The notes beneath the pieces were generated by a model. It searched no databases and had not been told where the DNA came from. It saw nothing but the letters and a program-made list of their open reading frames with translations. A program made the position numbers and the translations under genes. This document shows, in pieces, positions 28,535 to 41,580 of a stretch of 64,000 nucleotides of DNA. Numbering within the stretch: the stretch's first letter is position 1; every line of letters starts with the position of its first letter. This DNA comes from Eledone cirrhosa (taxonomy: Eukaryota), in contig OZ024740.1 of assembly GCA_964016885.1 (NCBI GenBank), positions 73,346,001-73,410,000 of the forward strand, given 5' to 3'.

Positions 28535-29067
28535 ATATAAAATCGACGTCTAGCAAATAGATAAAAGTTTTAAAATAAATTTTTAAAAATTCGCTGTACT
28601 TACTATATGCGCCTTTACCGCGGTTTCATGCTCCAGAATAAACGGAAAATCCAAGCGGATTTTCATTGAGAAGGGAGCAATCTTCAGAAGGCTCTTCTCC
28701 CTCGGAGAATATAAAATTCCCGAGTTCAAATCACAAACTGACGCCATACAAAACCATTCCCAAATGAGAGCGGATGATGAAAGAAATAATTCTGCTTGGT
28801 GCCGTGTGCAAAGACAAAAGGCAGGGTGGACAGGTCAATGTCCTGCCACTAGAAATAGCAGCAGTCCAAACGGCTAAAATGTTATCTCTACCTTAGGGAG
28901 AGATCAATAATAATAAAGTATGAATTCCTACGTGTAAAAAATACATATAGGGAAACAAGTATTATCCAACCGTATGCCAATGTGGTTCTATGGCGGGTTA
29001 ACAAATTAACAAGCCAGAACATATAAAATCGAGGTCTAGCAAATAAAGAAAAAGTTTTAAAATAAAT
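28535..29067 (-). mobile_element. ~486-nt non-coding unit with ~45-nt terminal redundancy and one intact HHR (retrozyme-like)
   Basis: atataaaatcga.gtctagcaaata..aaaagttttaaaataaat at 28535 and 29021. Confidence 0.7.
28611..28692 (-). ncRNA. Type I hammerhead ribozyme with intact core and branched stem II
   Basis: Reverse complement: GCCTT-CTGAAGA-tTGCTCC..(GAAAATCC gctt GGATTTTC)..GGAGCAt-GAAAC-CGCG-GTA-AAGGC. Confidence 0.85.
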
Positions 29068-29116
29068 TATTCAGTTCCTGTCCCACCCTTGCAAGCAAGA
29101 AAAAAGCGGACGTAAA

Positions 29117-29148
<32 letters not shown>

Positions 29149-29496
29149 ATCATCATCATCACTATTTTACGTCCGTTCTTCTATGCTAGCATGGGTTAGA
29201 CGGGTTGTCCTGTTGTGGGCAGTGTCCGGTTGGCTGACCTTGTCTTGCTCATACGTGAACTGATTTGGGCTTGATTTCTACAGCTGGATGCCCTTCCTAA
29301 CACCAACCTTATTTACAGTGAGTGCTGGGTACTTTTCTTCCGTGGTGCCTACATGTCCACTTTATAGTGTGGGTTGATATATATATAATATATTTAATAT
29401 ATATATATATCTGATATATATATATAACATATATATATATATATATATAAAATATAATATATATAACATATATATATATATAATATAATATATATA

Positions 29497-30654
29497 TCTC
29501 CGCGCCCGTGCTGTCCATCGCTCCACCACCCTCACCCCACGCCACCGCACACCCACCCACCGTCTCCCCTTCCCCATCACCTACGTCGGACAGACGGGAC
29601 GTCGCCTGGCGGACCGATTCACTGAGCACCTCCGGGATATTCGTCTCGGTGGTAGTTCCCCCATCGCCCGCCACTTTGGTGCCCCTGGACATTCCGCACG
29701 CCATCTCACAGTCTATGGCCTACTCCAATGCCACGGAACACCCGCCAATCTCCTCAGAGTCGAACAAAGAACCATCTTCATCTTACAGACCCACACTCCC
29801 TCCGGCCTGAACTCCCCACCCTTATTCCTTTAGCCTTCAACCGCCCCCTCCCCCCACACATATCCCCCACTAACACCACTAACACACCCCTCCTTTTCAC
29901 CGCCCACCCCACAACTAACAATACTAACTTCTTCTCCTCCCCCTCCTTATCACACGCACACACCCACCGGCACATATATACACGCGCTCACACTAAACAC
30001 ACACCCTACTACCAGCACTAACCCTCACCCCCACACCTCCATCCCTCCATCGACCCCCACACCCTTCTCTCCCCGCTCCACCCACACCCTTTCTCCACAC
30101 TCACTCATCCCACTAACACCTCTACTAATACACACACACACACCCTCCTCACTCCAACGTTCACACCTACCCATCCTCGCCCCTTTACCATTCCACCCGA
30201 CTGCTGCTATGCCCTCTGACCACCTCCCAGCACAAACAGACACACAGCACTCCCACCGCCTTGACCACTTCCTGTTGCGCGCGCACCCCACATCTCTCCT
30301 CTTCCGACCATCTCTTCATGGAATACTCGTATGTGGAACTTGACCACCGTGGAATCTACTAACATCATAGGAGTTTACCAACATTTCAACCACATCCTCT
30401 TACGGAATCACCTATATAACTCACCCACACACACACACAAAAAAAAATTTTTTCTCCCACACGCCACCTACACCCACAACACGCTTAAACCCCACACACT
30501 CGTGCTTTCCACCACATATTTACACCTTCAGCCTCCGGATTCCTCTCCCCCCACCCCTCTATCCACACACGCACAGACACTCCGACCTACACCCCCACCC
30601 CACACACACCTCTTCCTGAACATGCAACCCCGTTCTTCCCCCAACCCTTGCTTT

Positions 30655-30691
<37 letters not shown>

Positions 30692-31120
30692 ACACCTACA
30701 CACACACACCACCTTCAGCCCTCCCCGCTCGGACACCCCGTCTCCCTCTCCCCACTCCCCCCGCCACCACCCCTACACACCCCACACCCTTCCACCACCT
30801 GTTTTACCCCTTTTTAATTTCAGTTTATTTTGATCATGCTTTTATACTTATTTTTATTTCATTTCATTTTATTTTGATCATGCTTTATTTTTATTTTTAT
30901 TTTTAATTTCATTCGCACCGTTTCCTCCCACCCCCTTTTCGCTATATGTCTCTCCACCACTCCCCTACACACCCTTTGAACTCTCTTCCCACACACTTCT
31001 CACCTGAGGAAGGGCTTATGCCCGAAACGTCGTTCCCCACCACCACCCCACTCTCCAGAGCGTGAAATTAATAAACATTCGTTGTACTGCCTCTCTGTTT
31101 TGTTCCTGTTCAAATTTTCC

Positions 31121-31122
<2 letters not shown>
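29497..31122 (+). mobile_element. 5'-truncated Penelope-like element: GIY-YIG C-terminus, long C/A-rich 3' region, HHR and tail, between TA tracts
   Basis: 29582-29833 translates YVGQTGRRLADRFTEHLRDIR..SPIARHF..PGHS..EQRTIFILQTHTPSGLN (not in the ORF track); HHR at 31004-31031. Confidence 0.88.
31004..31031 (+). ncRNA. Minimal PLE-type hammerhead
   Basis: CTGAGGA-A-GGGC ttat GCCC-GAAA-CG-TC; stem I is weak. Confidence 0.75.
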
Positions 31123-31154
<32 letters not shown>

Positions 31155-31163
31155 TGTGTGTGT

Positions 31164-31683
31164 GTATGTATAGTATATTTGGCAATATACCGTATGTTTA
31201 ATCAAAAAGATTTTGAAGACCATACGCTATCGGTTTTAAAGTAGTGACTATGCCACTTACTTCTCTTCAGCGAAAGAAGGGAGAGAAGCTAACAGTCTGT
31301 TTCACGCCGTTGGCCTCCATTAGAGCCAGGCACTCCCCGCTTTCGCCGAAAATTATAGAAGCCAAATATACTATACATACATTCATGTCTACATCGCTAT
31401 TTCAGAGCACCAATCCTAATACCTAATTTTTGTTGGACCGGCAATCGCTCTGTATAATCAGCTCCTGATTATTACTGGAATTCTATAAGAATCCAGCTTC
31501 GGAAAGCGGGGAGTGCGTGGCTCTAATGGAGGCCAACGGCGTGAAACAGACTGTTAGCTTCTCTCCCTTCTTTCGCTGAAGAGAAGTAAGTGGCATAGTC
31601 ACTACTTTAAAACCGATAGCGTATGGTCTTCAAAATCTTTTTGATTAAACATACGGTATATTGCCAAATATACTATACATACA

Positions 31684-31688
<5 letters not shown>
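31164..31688 (+). mobile_element. Palindromic cassette (arms 31164-31344 and 31500-31682) containing a ~302-nt unit and a degenerate-core HHR at 31520-31558
   Basis: GCT-CTAATGG-AGGCC aac GGCGT-GAAAC-AGACT-GTT-AGC; gccaaatatactatacatacattcat at 31361 and 31663. Confidence 0.8.
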
Positions 31689-31771
<83 letters not shown>

Positions 31772-31812
31772 GATATTAAATAAATGAAAACTATATTTAT
31801 AAAACCATATTT

Positions 31813-31872
31813 ATTCTATTATATATATTTCAAGGGTACCAAAACTTTGGTACGCTCTCATCAGATAAAATA
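31813..31872 (-). ncRNA. Type I hammerhead (family of 13056)
   Basis: Reverse complement: TATTTTAT-CTGATGA-GAGC-GTACCAAA gt TTTGGTAC-CCTT-GAAA-TATATA-TA-ATAGAATA. Confidence 0.78.
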
Positions 31873-32227
31873 CAAAGTTTGTTTTATAAATATTGACATA
31901 ACCAGGTAGAACTTAACGGTTCAAGTTTTTCCTGGGTAAATATTTGTTGAATTACCAACAAATTCAATATCCCTTTTGCTTTTATATATATATATGAATA
32001 AATGTACGAGTAGAGTTTGTTTGTAAATAAATGTACAAACAAAAATATAAAATAAGTAAGATTGCTTACCAAAGTATTTTTCTCAACATGATCCTTGTAA
32101 ATTACAGTAATAGTCCAATAAGAGGGATCAGATTATAGTATCCAGGTGGAAGATCGCGGAGTAATAATATGTTTAAATGTATAGGAAAAACAAACACTAG
32201 GCGTGAAGTATGTTATGAAACGTTCGT

Positions 32228-32341
32228 TCTTTAACACATATTTCAATTCAATATAAGTCGACATAATACTGGTTGCATACTAATATTATTATTATGCTCA
32301 TTCACTAGCAATACATTAAATATTGCATTTCTTCAGAAAGA
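32228..32341 (-). ncRNA. Type I hammerhead with expanded stem II
   Basis: Reverse complement: TCTTT-CTGAAGA-AATgCAATAT...ATATTGaATT-GAAA-TATGTG-TT-AAAGA. Confidence 0.72.
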
Positions 32342-33025
32342 TTTCAAAAAGATTTCAAAGTACGTGGGAAGTTTGTCGCATCTTGCAGTGAAAATATTTC
32401 TACTGCTATCCGCTCTGGATAAAGGGCAACTGGGCTAAGGATAGAGGTAGAAAAAATATAATATGTAGGGACAGAAAGAGTGGGAAATAAGTAATAAAAA
32501 ATAATTGTTTCTACTTTTGGCACAAGGCCAGCAATTATCTAGTACATTACTGGTGCTTTATTTTATCGACCCCGTAAGGATGAAAGGCAAAGTTAACCTC
32601 GGCGGGAGTTGAACTCAGATCGTAAAGGGACGTAACTACGTTGGAAAGCATGTCCGACCTTTCCTACCAATACTGCCAATTCACCGCCCTTAAAGTAATA
32701 AAAAATAAATAGAAGTAATAAAAAATAATAAAATAATTTGGGGGAGATCAGTGAGGGTGTAAAAAAAGGACTACGCTAAAATGAAAATTATTTATTTATA
32801 TATTAACATTCCTCATTATGATTAGTTTCATTTTTAATTATACAGCAAATCCTAGTTTAACTTATATTTATAATAGGAATTTCGATCGACAAGATCCCAA
32901 CCTCATTCGCTTACTCAGATCGGATCAAGGAAACAATGTTTCTATTAGTCTTTCCATTACTGATACTATCTACCGATCGCAACACTTGGCAGAAGGAACA
33001 ACGGGAAATAAAGACATAACGCATC

Positions 33026-33098
33026 TCCCGACCCGGGAATCGAACTCACAACCTCATGGCTGTGAATCCAATTCTCTCACCACTAAGCCACGCGCCTT
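33026..33098 (-). mobile_element. tRNA-like SINE head
   Basis: ggcgcgtggcttagtgg (A box)..gagttcgattccc (B box); acceptor stem does not pair. Confidence 0.65.
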
Positions 33099-33814
33099 CA
33101 TATAACACGTATTTATAATAAGCCTAAAATTGATTTCTATAAATCTACTTCAGTATTTTACTGGTACTTTATTTTATTTACCTTGGTAGGATGAAAGGCA
33201 AAGTTGCCCGTGGCAGGATTTGAACTCAGAATGTAGAGCAAGACCAAATACCGTAATGGTATTCTATCCGACGCTCTACCAATTCTGCCAATCTACCACA
33301 TTTAATGAACATATAATTAACAACGCACTGGAATGGAGATCCGTCAGTTTCGACGATAAATGTTCTAGTTGCTGGAGCAACGGAACAGTCGGCTCGTGAG
33401 ATTTATGTGCAGCTGGCTGAGTATTCCACAGACACGTGTACTCTTAAAGTAATTTTCAGGCAGAATCGGTGCGATACAAAATATGATATCGTTGACCCCC
33501 TTCTTTGAATTATATAAAAGAAATTCTAAATTTTCTCCGACAGACTTCCCCAAATCTCCCGTCTATCCGTGGTTATGGTAAATGATATTCAAGATGCCTG
33601 GACATTAAGATTATCAAGTGAACTCCTTAACCACGTGGACACAACTTACCGCACCGTAAGCAAAATCTCACATCGAGTGGAGAGAGCCACGAAGGCTCAA
33701 ATCCAAAAGGCCTTGGGGTGCGTCTGGGCACGCAAAACCCACATCACCCGAGGCAGAAAGTAGGCCACAGTAGACGTACTTTTCGCCAACTCCCAGGAAG
33801 CAAAGTCTCACTCT

Positions 33815-35011
33815 TTGGAAACCCTAAAGAGTGAGGAGATAGTCTTGGTGCCCTCCTACTGCGGGCAGAAAATTGTGAGGGTCAAAGTGACCCAGGTCCC
33901 ACCCGACGTGCCCATACCTTGGCTGGCCACGTCTGTCCTTGCTGGAATCGAGAACAAGGCGACCATGCTGCAAGTAGAAAAAATAGGGAGAGAGAACTGG
34001 TCAGGTATAGGCATGCAAATGCTTATACAAACTGACCAGGAATGTATCGACGCTATCCCCGATATCATAGACATCGAGGAAGGACTCCAACTCCCTATAA
34101 GTGTAAAAGGAAGACGGCCAAAATGTTATCTCTGTGGGTCGAAGGGTCACCTCAGGGCCTTTTGCCCGAAGAAAACAGCGAAGAAGGCCCCTCTACTTCC
34201 AATACCTGGTCCGCTGCTACCAAGAGCAGGGCAGGCAACAAACGAAGAAGCCCCTTCCACGGTGAGTAGGAGGGCAACGTCCATAGCACCCGTACCGAGG
34301 CCACAGACAACTAAAGCAGCATCATCAGTGGCGGCAACACCAATAGCTACATTTGAAGTAGCTACACCAGCAACAAAATTGCCGAAGAGGGCTCCACTAC
34401 CACCACCAACAGCCGTGGAGCACATACCTCTCTCAGACGCCACAGAATCCGACATGGAGTTTGAGGCGGGAGTGAAGTGGCAAACGGTCTGCCACAAAAA
34501 ACAAAAAACAAAAAAACCCTTAGATTCACCCTTCAAAAGCGAAGACATACAAAGAGGGGTAAAGGCAGCAAGGAAACTTGCAGCAACACCACCACCACCA
34601 CAAGCACCACGGACAAAAACAACCACACCACCACCAGCATCACCAAAAACACCAACAACGCAAACACAAGACACACACACCAAACAGCAACAAAATCACC
34701 CCTCCCCCAAAAAATTACACAGCCATAAACATGGCAAAAAAAGAACTCATATAATATATAAAGCAGCACACAGACATCACAGAAAAAAACTACTACACCC
34801 ACCAACACCAAGAACTCTCCTGACAAACATAAGCATCATCGAAATCTCAATAGAACAGTACAAACCTTTAAAACAAAAATTCCCCAACGCATTTGGAGAC
34901 TTCAGAGGGTCGGTTACCAAGAGGATATACACTGACATCCTCTTGGAAACACCCATGACCAGCGAAAGGGACGGTTCTACTGTCCCTTCACCACACGAAC
35001 AAGGTAAGTGA
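33815..35011 (+). pseudogene. LINE ORF1 (gag-like, CCHC knuckle); probably began upstream near 33570
   Basis: CYLCGSKGHLRAFC followed by a Pro/Thr/Lys-rich region, directly upstream of ORF2. Confidence 0.8.
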
Positions 35012-35043
35012 CCCTTTCTCACTTGCCCCGTTTCTCATCCAAC

Positions 35044-38000
35044 ATGGCCGTACTCAGAATAGGCAGTATAAATGCACGTGGCCTGGGGTCATCTTGGAAG
35101 CAGGGTCACCTGCTCAACGACCTCAGGTCACGAAACATAGATGTGGTGGCCATCAGTGAAACCAGAATCTCCGAAGCACAAGCCTTCGCACCGATTTTCG
35201 GCGGCTACGAAGTATACGCATCTCCCAGCCGTCCACGATCGGGGGGAGGGGTTGCCGTCCTTTTTCGGAGAGGCTTAGATCTCGCGATACGGGCCATCTT
35301 CCTAGACCCAGAAGGTAAGTCGGTGGTGCTGGACGTGACCGGCAGCGAAGGCAATGCTTTCAGGCTAGTAGCCGTCTACGCCCCAACAAGGGGCAGGACG
35401 GCCAGATTTCTTCAGACGACTAGAGACCTTTCTTGGAACGTCCCGCTCTTTAGTGTAGTGGGCGACTGGAACGGTATCTTGGATGCACGCTGGGATCGTG
35501 TGGGGCTAGTGGTTAGGGGAGGAGAGTGCAAGAGCCTCACCAACCTGCTCAGACGTTTTGAACTGTCTGACAGGTATCGACTGGATCACCCGAATGTGCC
35601 AATGTGGACATGGACAAACCGCATCGGGTCACCCAGATCGTATCTCGATAGGGTATTCTGCAGAGAACTAGATAAGTTGTCCACAATTTAAAATAGTCGA
35701 CTACACAGACCACAAATTTGTGATCTGTGAGATTGACATAGAAAGACTTCATAGACAAGGGCCTGGTTACTGGAAGCTGAACGCGTCTTTCCCGTCGCGC
35801 AAAGCCTACAGAGACCGGATTAGCGTATTAGTTAAGCGGGCGTTGACGGGAGCGATCGCCAACAACAGGTGGTGGTTCGCCCTGAAAAGGGCAATTAAAG
35901 TAGAGTCGATTAGGTTTAGCAAAGGAGTAGTGATAGAGGAAAATAGAGTAGAGGGAGAGCTAGTCAGAAAGCTAGAAGAGGCGTTTAGGACAGGCATCGT
36001 AACCGACGTGCTTGCGGCGAAATTGGCACTCGACCAATTCTTCAACGCAAAACACAAAGGCTGCGTTGTCAGAGCTAGAGCGCGTACTCTGAAACACGAG
36101 GGGACAAAAGCCGTCCAATGGGCCCGGGTGGCAGAGGCGCGACGTGGCAACAAAGCCACAATTCGGTCTTTGTGTGACAAAAATGGGTGCGTGATGCTCG
36201 AACCTGAGCGGATGTGTGAAGCTTTTCAGAAACACTTTGGACTTCAATGCATACACTTTGGACTTCAGTGCATACCTCGACGGACTGCCTCGGCTCTCGA
36301 CGACCGCAGCACAGTGTTGCGAAAAGCCAATAACAGCTGGTGAAATACGGGAAGCGATGGCTAACTGCACAAGGGGTAAATCGCCAGGTTTGGATGGTCT
36401 GCCCTACGAGCTTTATGCATTTATGCCAGATTTGTTCGGTGACCTCTTGGCAGACGTCTACTGCAACTGGCAGCAGAACGAGAGCATTCCCAGTTTTATG
36501 AGCCGGGGAGCAGTGGCGCTGCTGAGAAAAGACCCGAACAAGGGGGATGTTATCGATAATTTCAGGCCCATAACCCTGCTAAACGCAGAGTTCAAGATTT
36601 TGGCCAAGGTGTTAGCAACGAGGTTGGCGCTTGTCGTCAAGGGTCTGGTGGGAGAGCCGCAGACATGCGCCATTCCGGACAGATCCATACACGACAACCT
36701 CCACCTCATGCGATACATCATAGAGAGGGTGGTTAAGGAACCTGGAAAGGGTGGGGCCCTGATCAACTTGGCTCAATCCAAAGCATTCGATAGGGTCGAC
36801 CATCGGTACCTGGCGGCGGTCCTCGAGGCAGCCGGTTTCGGGCCCGTTTTCAGGGGTTGGATCGCAGCAATGTACAGCGACATCTGCTCAGTTGTGAGGG
36901 TGAACGGTCACCTGTCGCAGCCGTTCAGCATCATGCGCTCAGTCCGCCAGGGTTGTCCCCTCTCGTCCCTCTTGTACGTATTGGCTCTCGAGCCGTTACT
37001 GCACAAACTGGGGGCGATGAGGGGCGTCCCACGCGAACTAGGATGCGGGAAATCCGAGTCGGCTTACGCTGATGACGTCACCGTGGTGGTGTCGAGCACC
37101 AGACACGTCCAGATGCTCGGCACCGCTCTCAAGGAATACGAAGCGGTGACAAGAGCAAAGATAAACCAGGAAAAGTCGGTGGGCTTGCAGCTCGGCACCT
37201 GGAGAGGCAAGTCTATACCGTCCGATAGCGTCGTGGGGCGTTGGACGGACGGACCAGTTAAATTGCTCGGAGTCTGGTTCGGACCGGACCTCCAGATGGA
37301 GAAAAACTGGATCGAGGTGACGAGCAGGGTGGCCTCCCTCACTCAGAAATGGGCTGAGAGAAAGCTGTCCCTGAAAGGCCGGGCGGAGGTGGCGAATGCG
37401 TACATCGCATCCGTCATCTGCTACCGCCTCACCGTCGTCCCTTGCTCCAGCCCAACTCTCACCAAAATGGAGCGCTCCTCTTCCGCTTTTTGTGGAAGGG
37501 ACGCGCTCCCATAGTCAGACGATCCATCTGCTGTCAACACCCGTTGCGTGGAGGACTGGGCATGCCATGGCTGATGATACGCAAACATGCGCTGAGGCTG
37601 CGACATCTCTGGTGCTTCCTTGATGGTGAGCAGGTGTGGTCGCCGTTCGCCAGGCACGTTTTCCCATAGCTCGTCTCCTTGACGGAGGTGCAGTCCTGGG
37701 ACAGAAAAAGACCGAGGGATAGCGCTTGGAAACTGGAATGTCTCCAGGCGCTCAGTGCCCTCTCCCAGCTGGGCACCAGTATCGGTGGAACATCCACCTC
37801 GGCGTTCTATAGAGGACTAGTGGGGGGGAAGAGCGACGACATTCTCGGAGAGATCCTGGGTGTCGAAGAAGATCAGCTGTTTGCTCTCTTCAGGAGAACT
37901 TTCAGCCCGGGGCCTATGGATAACTTCCCAAAATCCCTGGCCTGGCAGTGCTACCGGGGAGCGCTGCCGGTTCGAGATAAGCTCTACAGGCACGGAAGTG

Positions 38001-38416
38001 CCGTCAGCCGAGCCTGTCCGAGATGCGCGCAGAGCGACGAAACCGTCGTGCACGCACTCGTTCAGTGCCCGAGCATTGCTGACTTGTGGAGCTATGTCGA
38101 ACAGTTGCTGTCGCGTGTGGGACTGATCCAGTTGTCGACTGAGTCCATTGTGCAGATGGTCTCGCCGTCTTCCTTCGAGGGGGAAGGGCAGGCGGTTTTC
38201 ATCTGCTTGGTGGCTATGGCGAAAGAGATTGTGTGGTGGACAAGGTTAAAAGGGTTAAAGACAGACACTTTCCTCTTCGGCGAATCCCTAATTAACTTTT
38301 TCAAGTTTCACTTGAAGAGGAAAATCAGGGTGGAGAGGCAAGTGCTGCTTTCTAGCAAGTTTGTTGAAAGGTGGGTAAATGTAGCGAGAATGGTCCGAGT
38401 GAATATACGTCTGTAG
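35044..38416 (+). pseudogene. LINE ORF2 (APE-RT-zinc motif) with multiple frameshifts and stops
   Basis: INARG, GDWN, KSPGLDG, QSKAFDRV, RQGCPLS, YADD, CPRC..H..C spread over ORFs 35008, 35720, 36216, 37442 and 37679. Confidence 0.9.
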
Positions 38417-38700
38417 TTTGAGAGATGGAAAAATTGAGAGTGGCCGTGGTCTTTTGTGTGGTTTTCGCCACGAGTAACCCTCGGAGGTTTCCCCCCTATT
38501 GGGGAATTTTTCATTGTTTCAATTTTCATTTTTATTGTTTATATATATATATGTTTCTATGTCCTTTTTTTTTTCTTCTTTTCTTATATAAATAATAAAA
38601 AATATTTACACGCACAAAACCCACATCGTACCGTCCTGTGCCGTCTGTAATGTTTTTCTTGATGTTAGCCCTTGTGGCCAATAAAGAAATCATTATTATT

Positions 38701-39096
38701 TGAAAAGGAAAATCAGGGTAGAAAGGGAAGTGCTCTCTTCCCAGCATTTTGTTGAAAGATGGGTGAGAGAGGCAAGAATGGCCCGAGTCAATGGGCCTAC
38801 TCTGAGTATGTGTCTGTAAATTAAAGGTGGAAAATTGGGAGAGGGCACTTGCCCTGGTGGTCAGGGTCACTGTGGCTTTTTAATGGGCTTTCTCCACGAA
38901 TGTCCCTCGGAAGTCTCCCCCCTATTGGGGAATTTTTTCATTGTTCTATTATTACATCCTCTGTTTCTTGTTTTTTACACGCAGAAATGCCCATTTGTAC
39001 CGTCCTGTATTGTCCTGTACTGTCCTTAATGTCTACTTTATGTAAACCCTTGTGGTTAACAAAGAAAGCATTATTATTATTATTATTATTATTATT
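38701..39096 (+). mobile_element. Second, 5'-truncated 3' end of a related Tx1 element with (TTA)n tail, in tandem with the first
   Basis: Diverged repeat of 38313-38700. Confidence 0.85.
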
Positions 39097-40103
39097 TGAC
39101 CATTTCTTCGTCCAACCGTTGACAGATGGAAATGACCGACACTGGTCAAACATCACTGGTCAACGCTCCTGTATAATTTTTTGTTGTAATTAAATAGAAG
39201 ACAACCTTATGTTTTCTTTTGCCAATTCGCTTTTTTTTTTCTTTTTTATCTTCTCTATCTCACTGCAGTACTTACTACCGTGAAAGGAAGGGGAGATAAA
39301 CAAACGATGTATGCAAAGGGGGGGGGGCGTGATTCTGACTTCCGGTGAGTCTATTAAGCCGCCATAAAGGTAGTAACAGCCATGCCTCACCTCCAGATGA
39401 CCGTTACAATAATGCAACACTGAATTCCTGCCCTTACAGGGGATAAAGAGCGGAAAGGGTTATTGAGGCCTATTGTTTAACCCAGGAAGGAATACTGGAC
39501 TGTGGACTGGCAAAAACTAATCAAGACCAATCGGAGTTACTCAATTCACAAGTAATGTTATTATAATACACAGGTTAGATACAACCACGCCATTTCCTCT
39601 TCACGTCATACTTTATTTCATTTAAAGAATATCTGGACAATGGCCTTCCCCAATAGCTTTCTACAGTGTCATTTTACGAAAAGAAATTTGTGGATGAAGT
39701 TGTTTAGTTTATTTTATATATTTATCTATCTATTTATTTGTATTTTATTTGTATTTTACTTCCTGTTTGTTTTCATAAAGGCGATGAATTTGTGAAATCG
39801 TTAGGGCATCGGATTAAAAATACCTCGGTAATTTTTCAGGCTCTCTGAATCCTCAGTTCAAATCTCTGTGATATCAATTTTTCGGTCGATAAATAAAGTA
39901 CTAGTCAAATACTGGCGTCGATTCTTCCTCTTTATCCGTTTTTTTCTCTCCTTCCCTGGAAAAAATGGCTATGTTCAGACCTAGAGAGAAGCCGTTAAAA
40001 CAGCTAACGGTTGTTCTAGCGATGAGTTTTCTCATTTTTAGATGTATTCATATACACTCGCGCTTCGTCTCGATCAGAGGTAACACTTTATTCATTTAAC
40101 ATT

Positions 40104-40373
40104 ATCATAGCTGTGATTAGCTTCCTATTTAGGACAGACACCACAGCTTGAGGTCCACAATGAGTTTTCTTATTTCTATATGTATGTGTATATATATATA
40201 TTTGCTCAAGGTTACAACACGATCATAATGTCATGGGTTCGATTCCTGGGTTGCGTGTTGTGACCTTGAGCAAATATATATATATATATACACATACATA
40301 TAAAAATAAGGAAACCCATTGTGGACCTCAAGCTGTGGTGTGTCCTAAATAGAAAGCTAATCATAGCTATGAT
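40104..40373. repeat. Imperfect palindrome whose core is a SINE fragment
   Basis: atcatagctgtgattagcttcctatttaggaca.. / ..tgtcctaaatagaaagctaatcatagctatgat; centre gggttcgattcctggg. Confidence 0.8.
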
Positions 40374-40668
40374 ATATATATATATATATATAGTAAGGTG
40401 CATTATTGGTTGTGTCAAACGGTCTAATAAATTTTTGTTAGCAATATTAAGTTCTTCACGCTTTTGTATATCTCCAATTCAATTTATGGGAACAGCTAGA
40501 TGATGTAAAACGGAGTATTTGTATCAAAATAAGGATCCGAAGGCATGGTATAAATTTTCAATCATTTTAATCACGACACATGTTTCAATAAGAGATAGAT
40601 CTACTACCCTAAGTATTGAGTACTTTGGTGCGTTATGGTCCACTTGGTTCCTTACCACATTTCCTTCG

Positions 40669-40711
<43 letters not shown>

Positions 40712-40715
<4 letters not shown>

Positions 40716-41140
40716 AAAGTTAACCAAGGTTCAATGAATTAATCAAAGAATGAATTTTACAATAGATTGGAAGCACTCAACAGCTTGGTTTTCCAGAGTT
40801 ATTAATATTAATTCAAAATATTAACAAAATAGATATTCTTGTGATCAAGTATATTTTATTATACATATTTCAGAGGTACTGAGTTAACTTCAACCCATCT
40901 ACTATGTCAGGGTATGTCATGCATCATCTTATTTTATATGATGAGGACGTACTGTTGAGGACGTACTCAGTACCTCTGAAATATGTATAATAAAATATAC
41001 TTGATCACAAGAATATCTATTTTGTTAATATTTTGAATTAATATTAATAACTCTGGAAAACCATTTTTGTTGAGTGCTTCCAATCTATTGTAAAACTCAT
41101 TCTTTGATTTATTCATTGAACCTTGGTTAACTTTTAAATA
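40712..41140 (+). mobile_element. Palindromic cassette (~172-bp arms) with HHR at 40930-40997
   Basis: TATTTTAT-aTGATGA-GGACGTACT...AGTACCTCT-GAAA-TATGTA-TA-ATAAAATA; TA flanks. Confidence 0.8.
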
Positions 41141-41285
41141 TATATATATATATATTTCGTTTCTGAATTTGTTTAGCACGATTCTTTATCTGAAAACGTA
41201 TATGTATGTGTGTATATGTATGTGTGGTATATATATGTGTGTGTGTGTATATATATATGCGTGTGTGTGTGTGTATTTATATGTA

Positions 41286-41321
<36 letters not shown>

Positions 41322-41325
41322 GTGG

Positions 41326-41580
41326 ATTCACGTGGCCTAGTGGTATTGGTGTTGGACTTACGATCATAATGTCGTAGGTTCGATTCCTGGGCTGCGTGTT
41401 GTGTTCTTGAGCAAAACACTTCATTTCACATTGCTCCAGTATACTCAGCTGAAAATAGTGGTTAACCCTACGATGGTCTGGCGTCCTATCCAGGGGCGGG
41501 GGACGGAGTTTTGTACTCTCAGTTGCTCGGGAATAAGCACCGACCAAATGAGCCTTCTGGCTTAAGACAGACTTTAGATA
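41326..41580 (+). mobile_element. tRNA-derived SINE with V-domain-like core; relatives at ~43205-43390 (+) and ~58400-58612 (-)
   Basis: tggcctagtgg A box, ggttcgattcc B box, cttgagcaaaacacttcatttcac, cgatggtctggcgtcctatccagggg. Confidence 0.75.

Larger units (their letters stand above)
33530..38700 (+). mobile_element. Near-full-length Tx1/L1-clade LINE, degenerate
   Basis: ORF1 with zinc knuckle, ORF2 APE-RT in several frames, 3' end cccttgtggccaataaagaaa followed by (TTA). Confidence 0.92.

Noticed and set aside
33026-33098. Functional tRNA gene
   Set aside because: A and B boxes are present but the acceptor and anticodon stems pair poorly; resembles the SINE heads elsewhere in the window
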